A stretch of 64,000 bases of DNA from Mucilaginibacter sp. (GTDB lineage: Bacteria > Bacteroidota > Bacteroidia > Sphingobacteriales > Sphingobacteriaceae), in assembly GCA_051953515.1 (NCBI GenBank), contig JBQCIS010000114.1, forward strand, positions 2,226-66,225, read 5' to 3'. Both the position numbers and the translations under genes were made by a program. Below, piece by piece: positions 55,380 to 64,000 of the stretch. Positions within the stretch are counted from its first letter, which is position 1. Every line of letters starts with the position of its first letter. The notes beneath the pieces were generated by a model, which worked only from the letters and a program-made list of their open reading frames with translations, was not told the DNA's origin and did not search any database.

Positions 55380-58300
55380 ATGAAAGAAAGATTTACGTAT
55401 TACTATCGTGGACTATACAAACATTCCATACGCTGGCTTTTGCTGTGCGTTGTCGTTTTGATAACGATGATGAATGTTTCCGCCCAAACGTTTATACACC
55501 CCGGTATCCCGTTTACACGGCAGGATCTTGATCAGCTAAAAGCTAATATCACAAAACAGCCATGGCTGGCGGGGTATACGGCACTTCAAAACGATGCGCA
55601 TTCGCAGTTAAGCTATGCGCCCAAGGGGCCATTTGCTACCGTGACACGCGCGCCTAACCTGAATAACGCTGCATGGATAGATGATATGCAGGCAATACAT
55701 AACCTCACCTTTATGTATGTGTTCACCGGCGATAGCGCATACGCCCGAAAAGCAACCAATCTGCTCGATGCCTGGGCGGCAACTAACACCAGTTGGGGCG
55801 GCAATGAAAATATGCTCGACATTGGCGATATGGCGCCATATTTTGTGGTAGGTGCAGATATTTTAAAAAGCACTTTTCCGGGCTGGAGCAGTGCTAATGA
55901 TCAGCACGTTAATAATTATTTCCGCAATGTATTGTTTCCAACATCCTATGTTCCCAATCCGCTTAGGGATAACAATAAAGGCGCTCTGCAATGCCAGATC
56001 GCGATTGGTATAGCTGCATATCTGAATGACCCGGTGCTTTGGCAGCAGGCAATAGAAGTATACCGCATGGATGCCGGGGCTGCTCTGCGTTGCAGCCTGC
56101 CCAATGGCGAGGTGGGCGATTCAGGCCGTGATGACCACTGGTTTGTGCAAATACAGGCCTTAGGCTGGAGTGCAGAAGTAGCCTGGAAACAAGGAATTGA
56201 TCTTTTCAGCGAATTCAATAATCGTTTATTAGCCATTGGCGAACTTTACGCACAGTACAGCCAGGCCCCCGGTACGGTTAGCTTTATACCTTTTGGCGGG
56301 TATTCCAATTATTGGACAAATTGGGGAATACCACCAGGTTATGTGCATCAGAGCCCCTTTAACAATATTATAAAGGGAGCTTATGAGCTTAGGAAGGGGC
56401 TTTCAGCACCTTATACCGAACAGATCAGAGCACTTGCCGGGGAGGGCCAATGGTCTTTTCTCTACCTGAAATCAGCAGATACTTCGCATGCTGCGCCATT
56501 GCCGCCAATTGTTTACCCCGCAGATCAGGCACAGCCAGCTATTGCGCTTACCAATCTGGACATCGGCAATACTGGAATAAACGGCAATGCTGCTTACAGC
56601 AACGGCACCTGGACCGCAAACGGCGCAGGTAACTCGGTGGCTACTGCCGTTAATTATACTTTCGAACCGGTAACAGGTAACGCAGGGATGATTGTTAAGA
56701 TTGACAGCAATTCTGTTAGTTCGGCAATCAGTGGATTAATGATTCGCCAGTCGCTTGCAACAACGGCTAATTACGCCGAGGTTAACCTGTCGGCTACGGG
56801 TAACGTCAGTTCCTCGTCAAGGGGAAGTACCGGAACTTCCGATTATACACATTACGGCCCCAAAGCGCCCTGGTGGTTAAAAATTGAGCGTGTGGGTAAC
56901 CGCATATTTACTTATCACTCAAAGGATGGCGTAAATTGGAGCTGTAATGCGCAGTTTATACTTACACTGCCTGCCAATTTTTATATCGGCTTTTATACAA
57001 TTTCCAATAACTCATCTACACTTAACCGGGCGGTCTTCACCAATGTCGCTATAAACAATACGTCGCCGGCTGGTTCACCGGTAATTACCAGCGCTACAAG
57101 CGCTTCTGCTACAGTGGGCACGTCGTTTAGCTATGCTACAACCGCAAGCGGGAGTCCTGCTCTTTTCCGTGCAACCGGTTTACCCGCGGGACTTGCTATT
57201 GATAGTTTATCGGGTAATATATCGGGTAGTCCAACCGCAATCGGACAATCTATCGTTACGCTTCAGGCCATTAACAGCAACGGAACCGGGGCGTCTACAT
57301 TGGTTATTAATACCACAGCGAATATCGCTCCTGTAGCTCCTGCGGGTGTAGCGGCAACTGTTGTTAATGGGTTTAATATCAATCTGGCGTGGCAAGCAGT
57401 GCCAAATGCATCAACTTATACCGTTAAAAGATCATTAAATGCCGCCGGTCCTTTTACGGTGCTGCAAAGCGGTATTACGGGAACAAGCTTTATTGATGCG
57501 TCGCCAACTCCCGAGGTGAGCAATTATTACATTATTACCGCATCAGCAGGCACATTGGAAGGGCCGGCTTCGACTGTTGTTTCTGCGTCAGTACCACCGG
57601 CAACCCCTAATGCACCGGTAGTAGTGAGTAAGAGCAAGGAAATAGACCTTAGTTGGAGCTCCGCAGCAGGTGCTGCTACCTATAACGTTAAGCGCAGCAC
57701 GGTAAGCGGAGGCCCATACACCACAATAGCCAATGTTACGGCTACCAGTTATATCGACCTTAATGTAAGTAACGGCACTCCCTATTATTATGTCATTTCA
57801 TCGGTTGGGCAAACCAAGGAAGGTCTTAACTCAGCGGAGTCATTTGGCGTTCCGGGATCAACCAGCTTAACCTGGAGTACAAACCCTGCGACTGACTCAT
57901 TAAAACTGAGTCGCAACTGGGTGGAAAATGCCAGTCCTTCAACACCGGCTATACTCACATTTCAGACCAGTGCCGATACTGTGCTAATCAATGATATTCA
58001 AAACCTTGGTGTTGCCCGGTTTCAGTTCAATGCCGGGGCCAATAACTATACCATCAGCGGCGACACACTTCATTTAAGAAACGATCTGGTTAACAATGCC
58101 GGTAATGTTCAAACTTTTACAACGCCGGCTGTGCTTGATACGCTTCTGAATGTGAATACACCGGCGCAGAGCGATAATGTTACTATTAATTCGGTAATAA
58201 GCGGCAAAGGCACATTGATGAAGAATGGTGCGGGATATTTATTCTTATCAGGAAAGAATACCTATTCAGGCGGAACCATTATTAACGGCAGCGGTACAAA

Positions 58301-61300
58301 CTGGCCGCCAACGTGCTCGGTAGTCATATCCGGCGCAGGAACCGGAACGCCGTCCGCACCTGCTTCCGGGCCTCTTGGAACGGGTATGATCACCATGAAT
58401 GGTGGTGACATTTATTCATCCGGATCGGACGCGACACTTTATAATGATATTACGGTTGCCGCAGGTAAAACCAGTTATATTAACCAAACAACCAATGCCA
58501 TTTACTTATATGGCCGTTTGTTGGGCAGTGGTACCATCATACAGGATGGTAATACCTATGCGGGCTTACATCTTATTGGCGACAACAGCAATTTTACAGG
58601 TACATTTATTTCGAAACTGCGCAGTGGGAATAACCGCGTACGTTTTGAGTCACCTCAGGCCGGCAGCGCCAAGGCAAATTGGCTGCTGGACGCCAACGGA
58701 AACGACTGTCAGGGAATAATGTTTGGGACCGGTACCCTCAACTTTGGTTCACTTTCCGGTCGTGGAGCGATAAGGACTGATGGTGGTGGTAGCCCAATAA
58801 TCAGTATCGGCGCATTAAATAGCAATACCAACTATGGAGGAACAATGACGGGCTCGATGAACGTAGTGAAGGTAGGTACCGGTACACTTATGTTTAGTGG
58901 AAACCAGGCATATTATGGAACAACAACCATACAAGGAGGTACTTTTATGGTTAATAACGATCCGAACACCGGTACATTTGGAAGCCCTGTTACAGTAACC
59001 GGCGGCGCTTTTGGTGGTACTGGCCAAACTACATCAATTACCACTATCGGTACAGGTTCAGGCGCTGGCGCAGCACTTGCTCCGGGCAATTCAGGTATCG
59101 GTACCATAAAAGTGGGTAGCCTCGTGATGAACAGCGACGGTACTTATATAGCAGAAATGAGCACCAGTAAAGCTACTGCCGACCAAGTAAGTACAGGTTC
59201 CGTAAGTCTGGTAAATCAGCCTTCGTTAAAAATATCGGCAATTGATTCTTTATCGCTGGATAGTGGAGCATCGTTCACCATAATAAATAATACAGGAAGC
59301 AACCCGGTATCCGGTACATTTAAAGGTTTACCAGAGCTTTCTACTATACAGGTGGGCAATTTTACGCTGCGTATCACCTATAAAGGCGGTACAGGTAATG
59401 ACGTGGTTTTGATGGATGATCGTACTACGCCGGTTATTATCACGAGTGCATTGGTAGATACTACAGTGGTAGGGCGCTCCATGACTTATACTATCACAGG
59501 TATCAAATCGCCAAATAAATTTTCGGCATCGGGACTGCCGCCAGGGTTAACTGTTGACAGCCTCAGCGGTAAAATATCCGGTACCCCAACTCAATCGGGC
59601 AATTTTAACGTTACCCTTACAGCAGCAAACAGCACAACCAGTGCTACCGCAACCCTTAAACTACTTGTCGACAGCAGGACGGTTAATGGCTTGCTCGCGG
59701 CATCAGGCGATGCGACAGACATTTTGCAGTGGAACACAATCCCCGGGTTCACTTATAATGTTAAACGCGCTACAAATTCAGGCGGTCCGTATACTACTAT
59801 TGGCACTGCCTCAACCGCTAATTTTACAGATGCATCAGTTGTTAATGGATCAACTTATTTTTACGTGGTTGCAGGTGTGGATTCTGCAGGAGAGAGCCCT
59901 GCCAGTGCAGAAGTGGTTGCGAAACCCAATGTTGGTCAGCGTGACTTTTATCAATTTGACGAAGCGTCCGGCACAACGGGCATTGACAGCTGGGGTGCCA
60001 ACCATGCCTTATTAGCGAGCACCGCAACCCGTGGAACAGGTAAATATGGTCAATCTTTATTGCTTAACGGCTCAGCTACCTCTTATGCAAGTCTTCCGCA
60101 AGGCATCTTCAGTACGTTAAATAACTTTACTATATCGGCGTGGGTACGAATGGACGCGATCAGCACATGGATGCGCGTTTTCGATTTTGGAAACAGTACT
60201 ACCCAGTACATGTTCCTTACCGTTCAGGCAGGGGTTACCAGCGGAAAATCAATTATTCGTTACGCTGCCAAGAACGGATCGGCAGCTGAGCAGGATTTAA
60301 ATTATAATTATACCTTCCCATTAAATACATGGACGTATCTTGCCCTTACGCGGTCTGGTAATATTACAACACTATATGTAAATGGCGCTTTAGCAGCATC
60401 TTCTACTAATATTACCATTAACCCCTCTAATTTAGGTACCACTGTACAAAACTATCTTGGAAAGTCACAATTCTCTGGTGATCCAATCTTTAAAGGGTCG
60501 ATTGATAATTTTAAAGTGTATAGCAGAGCGTTAAGCGCATCCGAGATTGCGAATGATATGCTTGGTGATCAAACTATCAGTTTCGCAGCTATACCAACCC
60601 ACCTCGTTGGCGATCCGGATTTTGCTCCTAACGCTTCGGCAACGTCAGGCCTGCCGGTAAGCTTCACAAGCTCGGATACCACAGTGGCTACAATTGTGAA
60701 TGGCAATATACATATAATAGGGGCGGGCACATCTGTGATAACTGCCACGCAGGCCGGGAATAACAGTTTCAAAGCCGCGACGCCGGTAAATCAGACACTA
60801 ACGGTGATGAAGCAGAATCAGACCATCACTTTTAATGCATTGCCGTTAAAACTGGTAACCGACAGCGATTTCTCCGCTGGTGCACAGGCAAGTTCCGGTC
60901 TGCCGGTTAGCTACAGTAGTTCTGATACCACCGTTGCCACTGTCGTGGGCAGCAACCTGCACATTGTTGGTGCCGGAACAGCAGCTATTACTGCTACCCA
61001 GAACGGTAATGCTACCTATAATGCAGCCACAGCGGTTACACAAACGTTAATGGTTAACAAGCTAAGCCAGTCGATCACTTTTCCTTCTGTAGCAGCTGCA
61101 AGACCAGGCGATGCGGACATCCAGCTCACGGCAACTTCCAGCTCGGGGCTGCCGGTGGTTTATGGCAGCTCAGACACCAGCGTTGTTGAAATTGTTAATA
61201 ACAAGCTACATATCGTTGGCTCAGGCAGCAGTACTATCACCGCATCTCAAGCAGGGAATGCCCGTTACTATTCTGCTTCAGCAAGTATAATGTTTAATGT

Positions 61301-62558
61301 ATTGCCATACCATATTGTGGTGCAATACCTGGATGGTGACAAGGGGCAGACGACAACCAATGCCATCAGGCCTTATCTGCAAATTGTTAACCAGGATTCG
61401 GTTGCCGTCCACTACAACGAACTGACTGCTCGTTACTGGTTTACAGCCGAAAATTATCCGGGGACTATCAATACCTGGATAGACTATGCGCAATTAGGTA
61501 GTGGCAATATCAGCATGAAATATGTTCAATTGCCAAACCCCGCTACCGGAGCGCTTGGCTATATTGAATATTCATTTACTACCAGTGCAAATCTTACCGG
61601 TGGTACAAGTTCAGGCTCTATCCAATCCAGGTTTGCTAACCAGGACTGGTCGAATTTTACGCAAACAGACGACTATTCTTACATCCCTGGCGCAAGCAGT
61701 TATGTGGTAAATAATCATATCACGCTTTACCGCAATGGCGTATTGATTTATGGACAGGAACCTAAAGCTGTAAATGCTACAACGGCCCTAACGGTATCTT
61801 ATCAAAATCAGAATCAAAAAACAGACGGCAATACTATCAGTACCTACCTTCTTGTGAATAATACCGGAAACCAGACGGTGAATTACAGCGATCTGGCCGT
61901 TCGCTACTGGTTTACAAGCGAAGGTACCGCACCTCTGAACATGACAGTTGATTATGCCAAACTTGGCAATGGTAATGTTAGCGGGCAATTTACAAGGTTA
62001 AGTCCGGCGCTTGACAGTGCAGATACTTATCTTGAATTGCATTTTGCTGCCGGAACCTTGTATCCGTTGAGTAATTCAGGAAATATTCAATACCAGATAA
62101 ATAAGACCGATTGGTCGGCGTTCAATGAAGCCAATGACTACTCATATCTGCCTAAAGGGCCAATGGCGCTGAATGATCATATTACCGTGTATTATAAAGG
62201 CCAATTGATCTTCGGGAAAGAGCCGCCGGCAGCTGTAGGCAATTTAACTGCGGTTAATTCCAATGCGTCGTTGTTTCAGCCAAACAATAAGTCGGTGGTT
62301 CCTGACAATGTTCAGCACAATACTATTTATCCCAATCCAACCAATATGGGCAGGTTCAGTATTAAGCTGACGTCAGATCTTTACCAAAAGAATGTCAGCC
62401 TGACCATTCGCGATTTGAGCGGCAAGGTTTTGCAGGCGGGTAGTTATCAGGCCAATAACGGGGTAATTGATGTACAGTTAAACGCTAAGTATTATCCCGG
62501 CACTTACCTTGTACAACTGAATAACCTTACACCTTTGCGCTTAATGGTGAACCCGTAA
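55380..62558 (+). CDS. Giant (2,392 aa) T9SS-secreted mosaic protein carrying an alginate-lyase-fold domain, an autotransporter-type beta-helix, LamG, Ig-like repeats and two CBM3 modules
   Basis: Domain order with approximate aa positions:
- signal peptide
- lyase-fold domain (37-375: [33 protein letters not shown])
- concanavalin/DUF1349-like (385-555: [24 protein letters not shown])
- He_PIG-like (556-640)
- 2 FN3-like (645-820)
- autotransporter-associated beta-strand repeats (820-1345: [29 protein letters not shown])
- He_PIG
- FN3
- LamG/Laminin_G_3 (1516-1725: [10 protein letters not shown]...VFDFGNS...[16 protein letters not shown])
- 3 Ig-like repeats
- 2 CBM3
- CTD (IYPNPTN...). Confidence 0.85.
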   Translation: MKERFTYYYRGLYKHSIRWLLLCVVVLITMMNVSAQTFIHPGIPFTRQDLDQLKANITKQPWLAGYTALQNDAHSQLSYAPKGPFATVTRAPNLNNAAWIDDMQAIHNLTFMYVFTGDSAYARKATNLLDAWAATNTSWGGNENMLDIGDMAPYFVVGADILKSTFPGWSSANDQHVNNYFRNVLFPTSYVPNPLRDNNKGALQCQIAIGIAAYLNDPVLWQQAIEVYRMDAGAALRCSLPNGEVGDSGRDDHWFVQIQALGWSAEVAWKQGIDLFSEFNNRLLAIGELYAQYSQAPGTVSFIPFGGYSNYWTNWGIPPGYVHQSPFNNIIKGAYELRKGLSAPYTEQIRALAGEGQWSFLYLKSADTSHAAPLPPIVYPADQAQPAIALTNLDIGNTGINGNAAYSNGTWTANGAGNSVATAVNYTFEPVTGNAGMIVKIDSNSVSSAISGLMIRQSLATTANYAEVNLSATGNVSSSSRGSTGTSDYTHYGPKAPWWLKIERVGNRIFTYHSKDGVNWSCNAQFILTLPANFYIGFYTISNNSSTLNRAVFTNVAINNTSPAGSPVITSATSASATVGTSFSYATTASGSPALFRATGLPAGLAIDSLSGNISGSPTAIGQSIVTLQAINSNGTGASTLVINTTANIAPVAPAGVAATVVNGFNINLAWQAVPNASTYTVKRSLNAAGPFTVLQSGITGTSFIDASPTPEVSNYYIITASAGTLEGPASTVVSASVPPATPNAPVVVSKSKEIDLSWSSAAGAATYNVKRSTVSGGPYTTIANVTATSYIDLNVSNGTPYYYVISSVGQTKEGLNSAESFGVPGSTSLTWSTNPATDSLKLSRNWVENASPSTPAILTFQTSADTVLINDIQNLGVARFQFNAGANNYTISGDTLHLRNDLVNNAGNVQTFTTPAVLDTLLNVNTPAQSDNVTINSVISGKGTLMKNGAGYLFLSGKNTYSGGTIINGSGTNWPPTCSVVISGAGTGTPSAPASGPLGTGMITMNGGDIYSSGSDATLYNDITVAAGKTSYINQTTNAIYLYGRLLGSGTIIQDGNTYAGLHLIGDNSNFTGTFISKLRSGNNRVRFESPQAGSAKANWLLDANGNDCQGIMFGTGTLNFGSLSGRGAIRTDGGGSPIISIGALNSNTNYGGTMTGSMNVVKVGTGTLMFSGNQAYYGTTTIQGGTFMVNNDPNTGTFGSPVTVTGGAFGGTGQTTSITTIGTGSGAGAALAPGNSGIGTIKVGSLVMNSDGTYIAEMSTSKATADQVSTGSVSLVNQPSLKISAIDSLSLDSGASFTIINNTGSNPVSGTFKGLPELSTIQVGNFTLRITYKGGTGNDVVLMDDRTTPVIITSALVDTTVVGRSMTYTITGIKSPNKFSASGLPPGLTVDSLSGKISGTPTQSGNFNVTLTAANSTTSATATLKLLVDSRTVNGLLAASGDATDILQWNTIPGFTYNVKRATNSGGPYTTIGTASTANFTDASVVNGSTYFYVVAGVDSAGESPASAEVVAKPNVGQRDFYQFDEASGTTGIDSWGANHALLASTATRGTGKYGQSLLLNGSATSYASLPQGIFSTLNNFTISAWVRMDAISTWMRVFDFGNSTTQYMFLTVQAGVTSGKSIIRYAAKNGSAAEQDLNYNYTFPLNTWTYLALTRSGNITTLYVNGALAASSTNITINPSNLGTTVQNYLGKSQFSGDPIFKGSIDNFKVYSRALSASEIANDMLGDQTISFAAIPTHLVGDPDFAPNASATSGLPVSFTSSDTTVATIVNGNIHIIGAGTSVITATQAGNNSFKAATPVNQTLTVMKQNQTITFNALPLKLVTDSDFSAGAQASSGLPVSYSSSDTTVATVVGSNLHIVGAGTAAITATQNGNATYNAATAVTQTLMVNKLSQSITFPSVAAARPGDADIQLTATSSSGLPVVYGSSDTSVVEIVNNKLHIVGSGSSTITASQAGNARYYSASASIMFNVLPYHIVVQYLDGDKGQTTTNAIRPYLQIVNQDSVAVHYNELTARYWFTAENYPGTINTWIDYAQLGSGNISMKYVQLPNPATGALGYIEYSFTTSANLTGGTSSGSIQSRFANQDWSNFTQTDDYSYIPGASSYVVNNHITLYRNGVLIYGQEPKAVNATTALTVSYQNQNQKTDGNTISTYLLVNNTGNQTVNYSDLAVRYWFTSEGTAPLNMTVDYAKLGNGNVSGQFTRLSPALDSADTYLELHFAAGTLYPLSNSGNIQYQINKTDWSAFNEANDYSYLPKGPMALNDHITVYYKGQLIFGKEPPAAVGNLTAVNSNASLFQPNNKSVVPDNVQHNTIYPNPTNMGRFSIKLTSDLYQKNVSLTIRDLSGKVLQAGSYQANNGVIDVQLNAKYYPGTYLVQLNNLTPLRLMVNP
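60561..61306 (+). repeat. Three tandem ~83-85-aa Ig-like (Big-type) repeats inside the giant gene
   Basis: Units start at about 60561, 60816 and 61065. Each has Q(T/S)I(S/T)F...(S/T)SGLPV(S/V)(F/Y)(T/S/G)SSDT(T/S)V(A/V)...(I/L)H(I)(I/V)G(A/S)G...ITA(T/S)Q.GN. Confidence 0.75.
61307..62234 (+). other. Two tandem CBM3-type carbohydrate-binding modules (domains of the giant protein)
   Basis: Module 1 has [27 protein letters not shown] ... [21 protein letters not shown] ... [15 protein letters not shown]. Module 2 has [27 protein letters not shown] ... [14 protein letters not shown] ... [17 protein letters not shown] ... [15 protein letters not shown]. Both track the clostridial CBM3a pattern as I remember it (LRYYYT ... 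ADTYLEISFTGGTL ... GRFAKNDWSNYTQSNDYSF ... YLNGVLVWGKEP). Confidence 0.8.
62320..62555 (+). other. T9SS (Por) C-terminal sorting domain of the giant protein
   Basis: [17 protein letters not shown]...[12 protein letters not shown]...[17 protein letters not shown] matches the typical ~80-aa CTD pattern. Confidence 0.75.
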
Positions 62559-62575
62559 AAAAGAAAAGCAAATGA

Positions 62576-62618
62576 AGCAGTGATCGGTCATACAGCCGGT
62601 TACTGCTTTTGTTTTTTT
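62576..62618 (+). terminator. Rho-independent terminator after the giant gene
   Basis: Imperfect stem AGCAGTGATCGG ... CCGGTTACTGCT followed by TTTTGTTTTTTT. Confidence 0.6.
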
Positions 62619-62679
62619 GATGAGTATCTTCTAAAATAGTATATTTCTGATTATGTCGGCCCTGGATATCAAAAGGTCT

Positions 62680-63046
62680 GTATTCAGGCTACATTGTTTA
62701 AAGGAGATGTGATACATCACGCCGTTGTTAGTGTTCTTTAACCGCAAATACAATCTGCGAGATGGTACAATGTTGGCGTAAACTATGGCAATGGCGTTCT
62801 CTATTTAAAAAAGGCCCTGGATGCGCTTACATCAAGGGCCGGGATGTTGGAATTACTCTGATTTTATTAGTGTCAATAAACAAAACCAATTAAACCAAAC
62901 TTTCAAATATATGAAATATATTGTCAAGCTTCAGGCAACTATTAAGTCGCTGGAAGACGTTGTAGTTATCGGTTACGGAGCGCAGTGCGGCGCCAACGTT
63001 AACCAGTGCCGTTACGATACAGATAACAGGCTACTTAAATAAATGC
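62680..63046 (+). pseudogene. Decayed 5' fragment of a SusC-family gene (frame-broken relic)
   Basis: The best segment, 62911-63046, reads IVKLQATIKSLEDVVVIGYGAQ.GANV and, after a +1 shift, TSAVTIQITGY. Compare VNVQLAATKNDLNEVVVVGYGTEKKATVTGAIATV in SusC-3. Weaker broken remnants lie upstream (IQATLFKGDVIHHAVVSVL, YGNGVLYLKKAL). No plug or barrel follows. Confidence 0.4.
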
Positions 63047-63054
63047 TAAATAAA

Positions 63055-63087
63055 ATGTCCTGAAATAGGCCGACTATTTCAGGACAT
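63055..63087. terminator. Terminator hairpin downstream of the convergent GH31 gene
   Basis: ATGTCCTGAAATAG (63055-63068) pairs with CTATTTCAGGACAT (63074-63087): 14-bp perfect stem. A T-rich tract follows on the minus strand. Confidence 0.65.
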
Positions 63088-63104
63088 CATGCTTTAGTTC
63101 GAGA

Positions 63105-64000
63105 TTAAAGCTTAACCGCTATCCCTTTACCCGAATAATCAATTGTTTTACCGTTCTCAGCAGTTAACGACGCTGCCGGGGCAAGATAAATATGGAACTT
63201 TCTATTCTTTAGCATTCCGGGGAAATTACCTTTCCTGTCCGAAATGCTAAGCGTTCTGGTGTTATCATTCCAGTGGAATAGGAGCTCTGTATAGTTGCCT
63301 TTTTCATAATTGTAATTATCGTTTTCATCCTCATAAAGCGTGAAGTCGGCATCTTTTCCAGGATATACTCTTATACCCAGATCGCTCCATGGCTTTTCTG
63401 ATGAATATTGTACTTTTGGCCCCCATGGAATGATTGAACCTGCTTTGATATATAGAGGAATAGTCCCGATTGGGGTTTCTTTTTCAATAGTTTGTCCGCC
63501 CGAAACTTTTTGACCAGTCCAGAAATCATACCAGGAAGTACCTGAGGGCAGGTATACAGATTTGCTTTTAGCGCCTTTATCCGTCACCGGTGCAACCAGA
63601 ATGGATTTCCCGAACAGAAATTCCGTGTTTATATTCAGGGTTTTATTATCGTTTGCAAAATCAGCTGCCAGTGGCCGTAAAAAAGAGCCTGATAGGTGGG
63701 TGACCTGCCATCCGGTGGCGTAGATGTACGGCAGCAGGCTGTATCTTAGGTTGATGTATTGCTCCTGTATATCAAATGGCCATTCACCCCGCACGCCGAA
63801 CTGATAAATTTCGCGAGGTATGTCTGTTCCGTGCGAACGCATTGTTGGGGTAAAAGTCGAGAATTGCAGCCATCTTACATACAGCTCCTGGAAATCAGGG
63901 TTTTTAGCACCGCCGCCTTTGTTAAAAGCACCTGCGAAAAATCCACCTATATCAACATTCCAATAAGGTAAACCGGTAAGCGAGAAGTTGAGCGAGGCAG
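63105..64000 (-). CDS. Glycoside hydrolase family 31, C-terminal part (5' end lies beyond the window)
   Basis: The minus-strand frame stays open to nt 64000: ...LPYWNVDIGGFFAGAFNKGGGAKNPDFQELYVRWLQFSTFTPTMRSHGTD... This is the GH31 acid/base region DIGGF. It continues through LRYSLLPYIYA and C-terminal beta-sandwich domains. Confidence 0.85.
   Translation of the reverse strand, partial: ASLNFSLTGLPYWNVDIGGFFAGAFNKGGGAKNPDFQELYVRWLQFSTFTPTMRSHGTDIPREIYQFGVRGEWPFDIQEQYINLRYSLLPYIYATGWQVTHLSGSFLRPLAADFANDNKTLNINTEFLFGKSILVAPVTDKGAKSKSVYLPSGTSWYDFWTGQKVSGGQTIEKETPIGTIPLYIKAGSIIPWGPKVQYSSEKPWSDLGIRVYPGKDADFTLYEDENDNYNYEKGNYTELLFHWNDNTRTLSISDRKGNFPGMLKNRKFHIYLAPAASLTAENGKTIDYSGKGIAVKL

Noticed and set aside
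59554-60015. 153-aa alternate-frame ORF inside the giant gene, and many other 60-107-aa internal or antisense ORFs in the track (for example 2398..2721, 6886..7188, 43986..44291, 55946..56236)
   Set aside because: All are nested in long CDSs with strong family signatures. None has its own signal, motif or intergenic context.
62821-63042. 73-aa ORF as a genuine small protein gene
   Set aside because: Its only recognisable content is a SusC plug-junction fragment that continues in another frame, and it starts inside a hairpin. I interpret it as part of a SusC pseudogene relic.
1-64000. CRISPR arrays, tRNA/rRNA genes, transposases/integrases, prophage or defence-system genes
   Set aside because: I saw no regularly spaced direct repeats, no cloverleaf-like conserved tRNA segments in the intergenic regions I inspected, and no ORF with recombinase, nuclease or defence-type motifs. 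The only compositional oddity is AT-rich HTCS-1, which is not enough to call a mobile element.

Overview
The window is a Bacteroidota-type carbohydrate-utilisation supercluster. It has three SusC/SusD-type units, two hybrid two-component systems (HTCS), a T9SS C-terminal sorting domain and lipoprotein signals. Gene content and roughly 40-45% GC resemble Sphingobacteriaceae such as Mucilaginibacter or Pedobacter, but that is inference only. I support about 38 protein genes. By eye I saw no rRNA, tRNA, CRISPR array, transposase or integrase.

Layout:
- 1-5.1 kb: tail of a PUL (SusD, GH30, GH2).
- 5.3-10 kb: a sugar-porter MFS gene abutting a large DUF5107-like/TPR protein.
- 10.3-27.9 kb: a PUL with two S1 sulfatases, an esterase, SusC/SusD, three GH128-like 'catalytic core' lipoproteins and an AT-rich HTCS.
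- 28-36.5 kb: three LacI-family regulators interleaved with GH88, an alginate-lyase-fold protein, a DUF4350-like protein and an unknown 542-aa secreted protein.
- 36.9-51.8 kb: a degenerate sigma-like ORF, a small acidic repeat ORF, an orphan ECF sigma, GH31, SusC/SusD, a second orphan ECF sigma and a second HTCS.
- 52.2-62.6 kb: a GH28-like beta-helix hydrolase, a second lyase-fold lipoprotein and a 2,392-aa mosaic T9SS protein. Its domains run lyase fold, concanavalin-like, He_PIG, FN3, autotransporter-type beta-helix repeats, LamG, 3 Ig-like repeats, 2 CBM3 and the CTD.
- 62.6-64 kb: a decayed SusC 5' end and a convergent partial GH31.

Main candidate system: the bipartite motif TGAGTAT-N16-CGTC has ECF-sigma promoter geometry. 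It occurs four times exactly, always intergenic and always pointing into the downstream gene (LacI-3, SusC-3, the beta-helix hydrolase, the giant lyase protein). Two more copies keep the exact spacing with one or two mismatches (the 422-aa lyase-fold gene and the 542-aa unknown), and one weaker copy lies upstream of LacI-1. The window also holds two paralogous ECF sigmas with no FecR-type anti-sigma and a SusC with no STN signalling domain. One of those sigmas sits directly downstream of an HTCS, behind a 22-bp-phased direct repeat. I therefore propose a previously undescribed cascade, HTCS -> orphan ECF sigma -> TGAGTAT/CGTC regulon (with a LacI feedback arm), that controls degradation of a uronate-containing glycan. 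All family calls come from motifs read by eye; no database search was possible.
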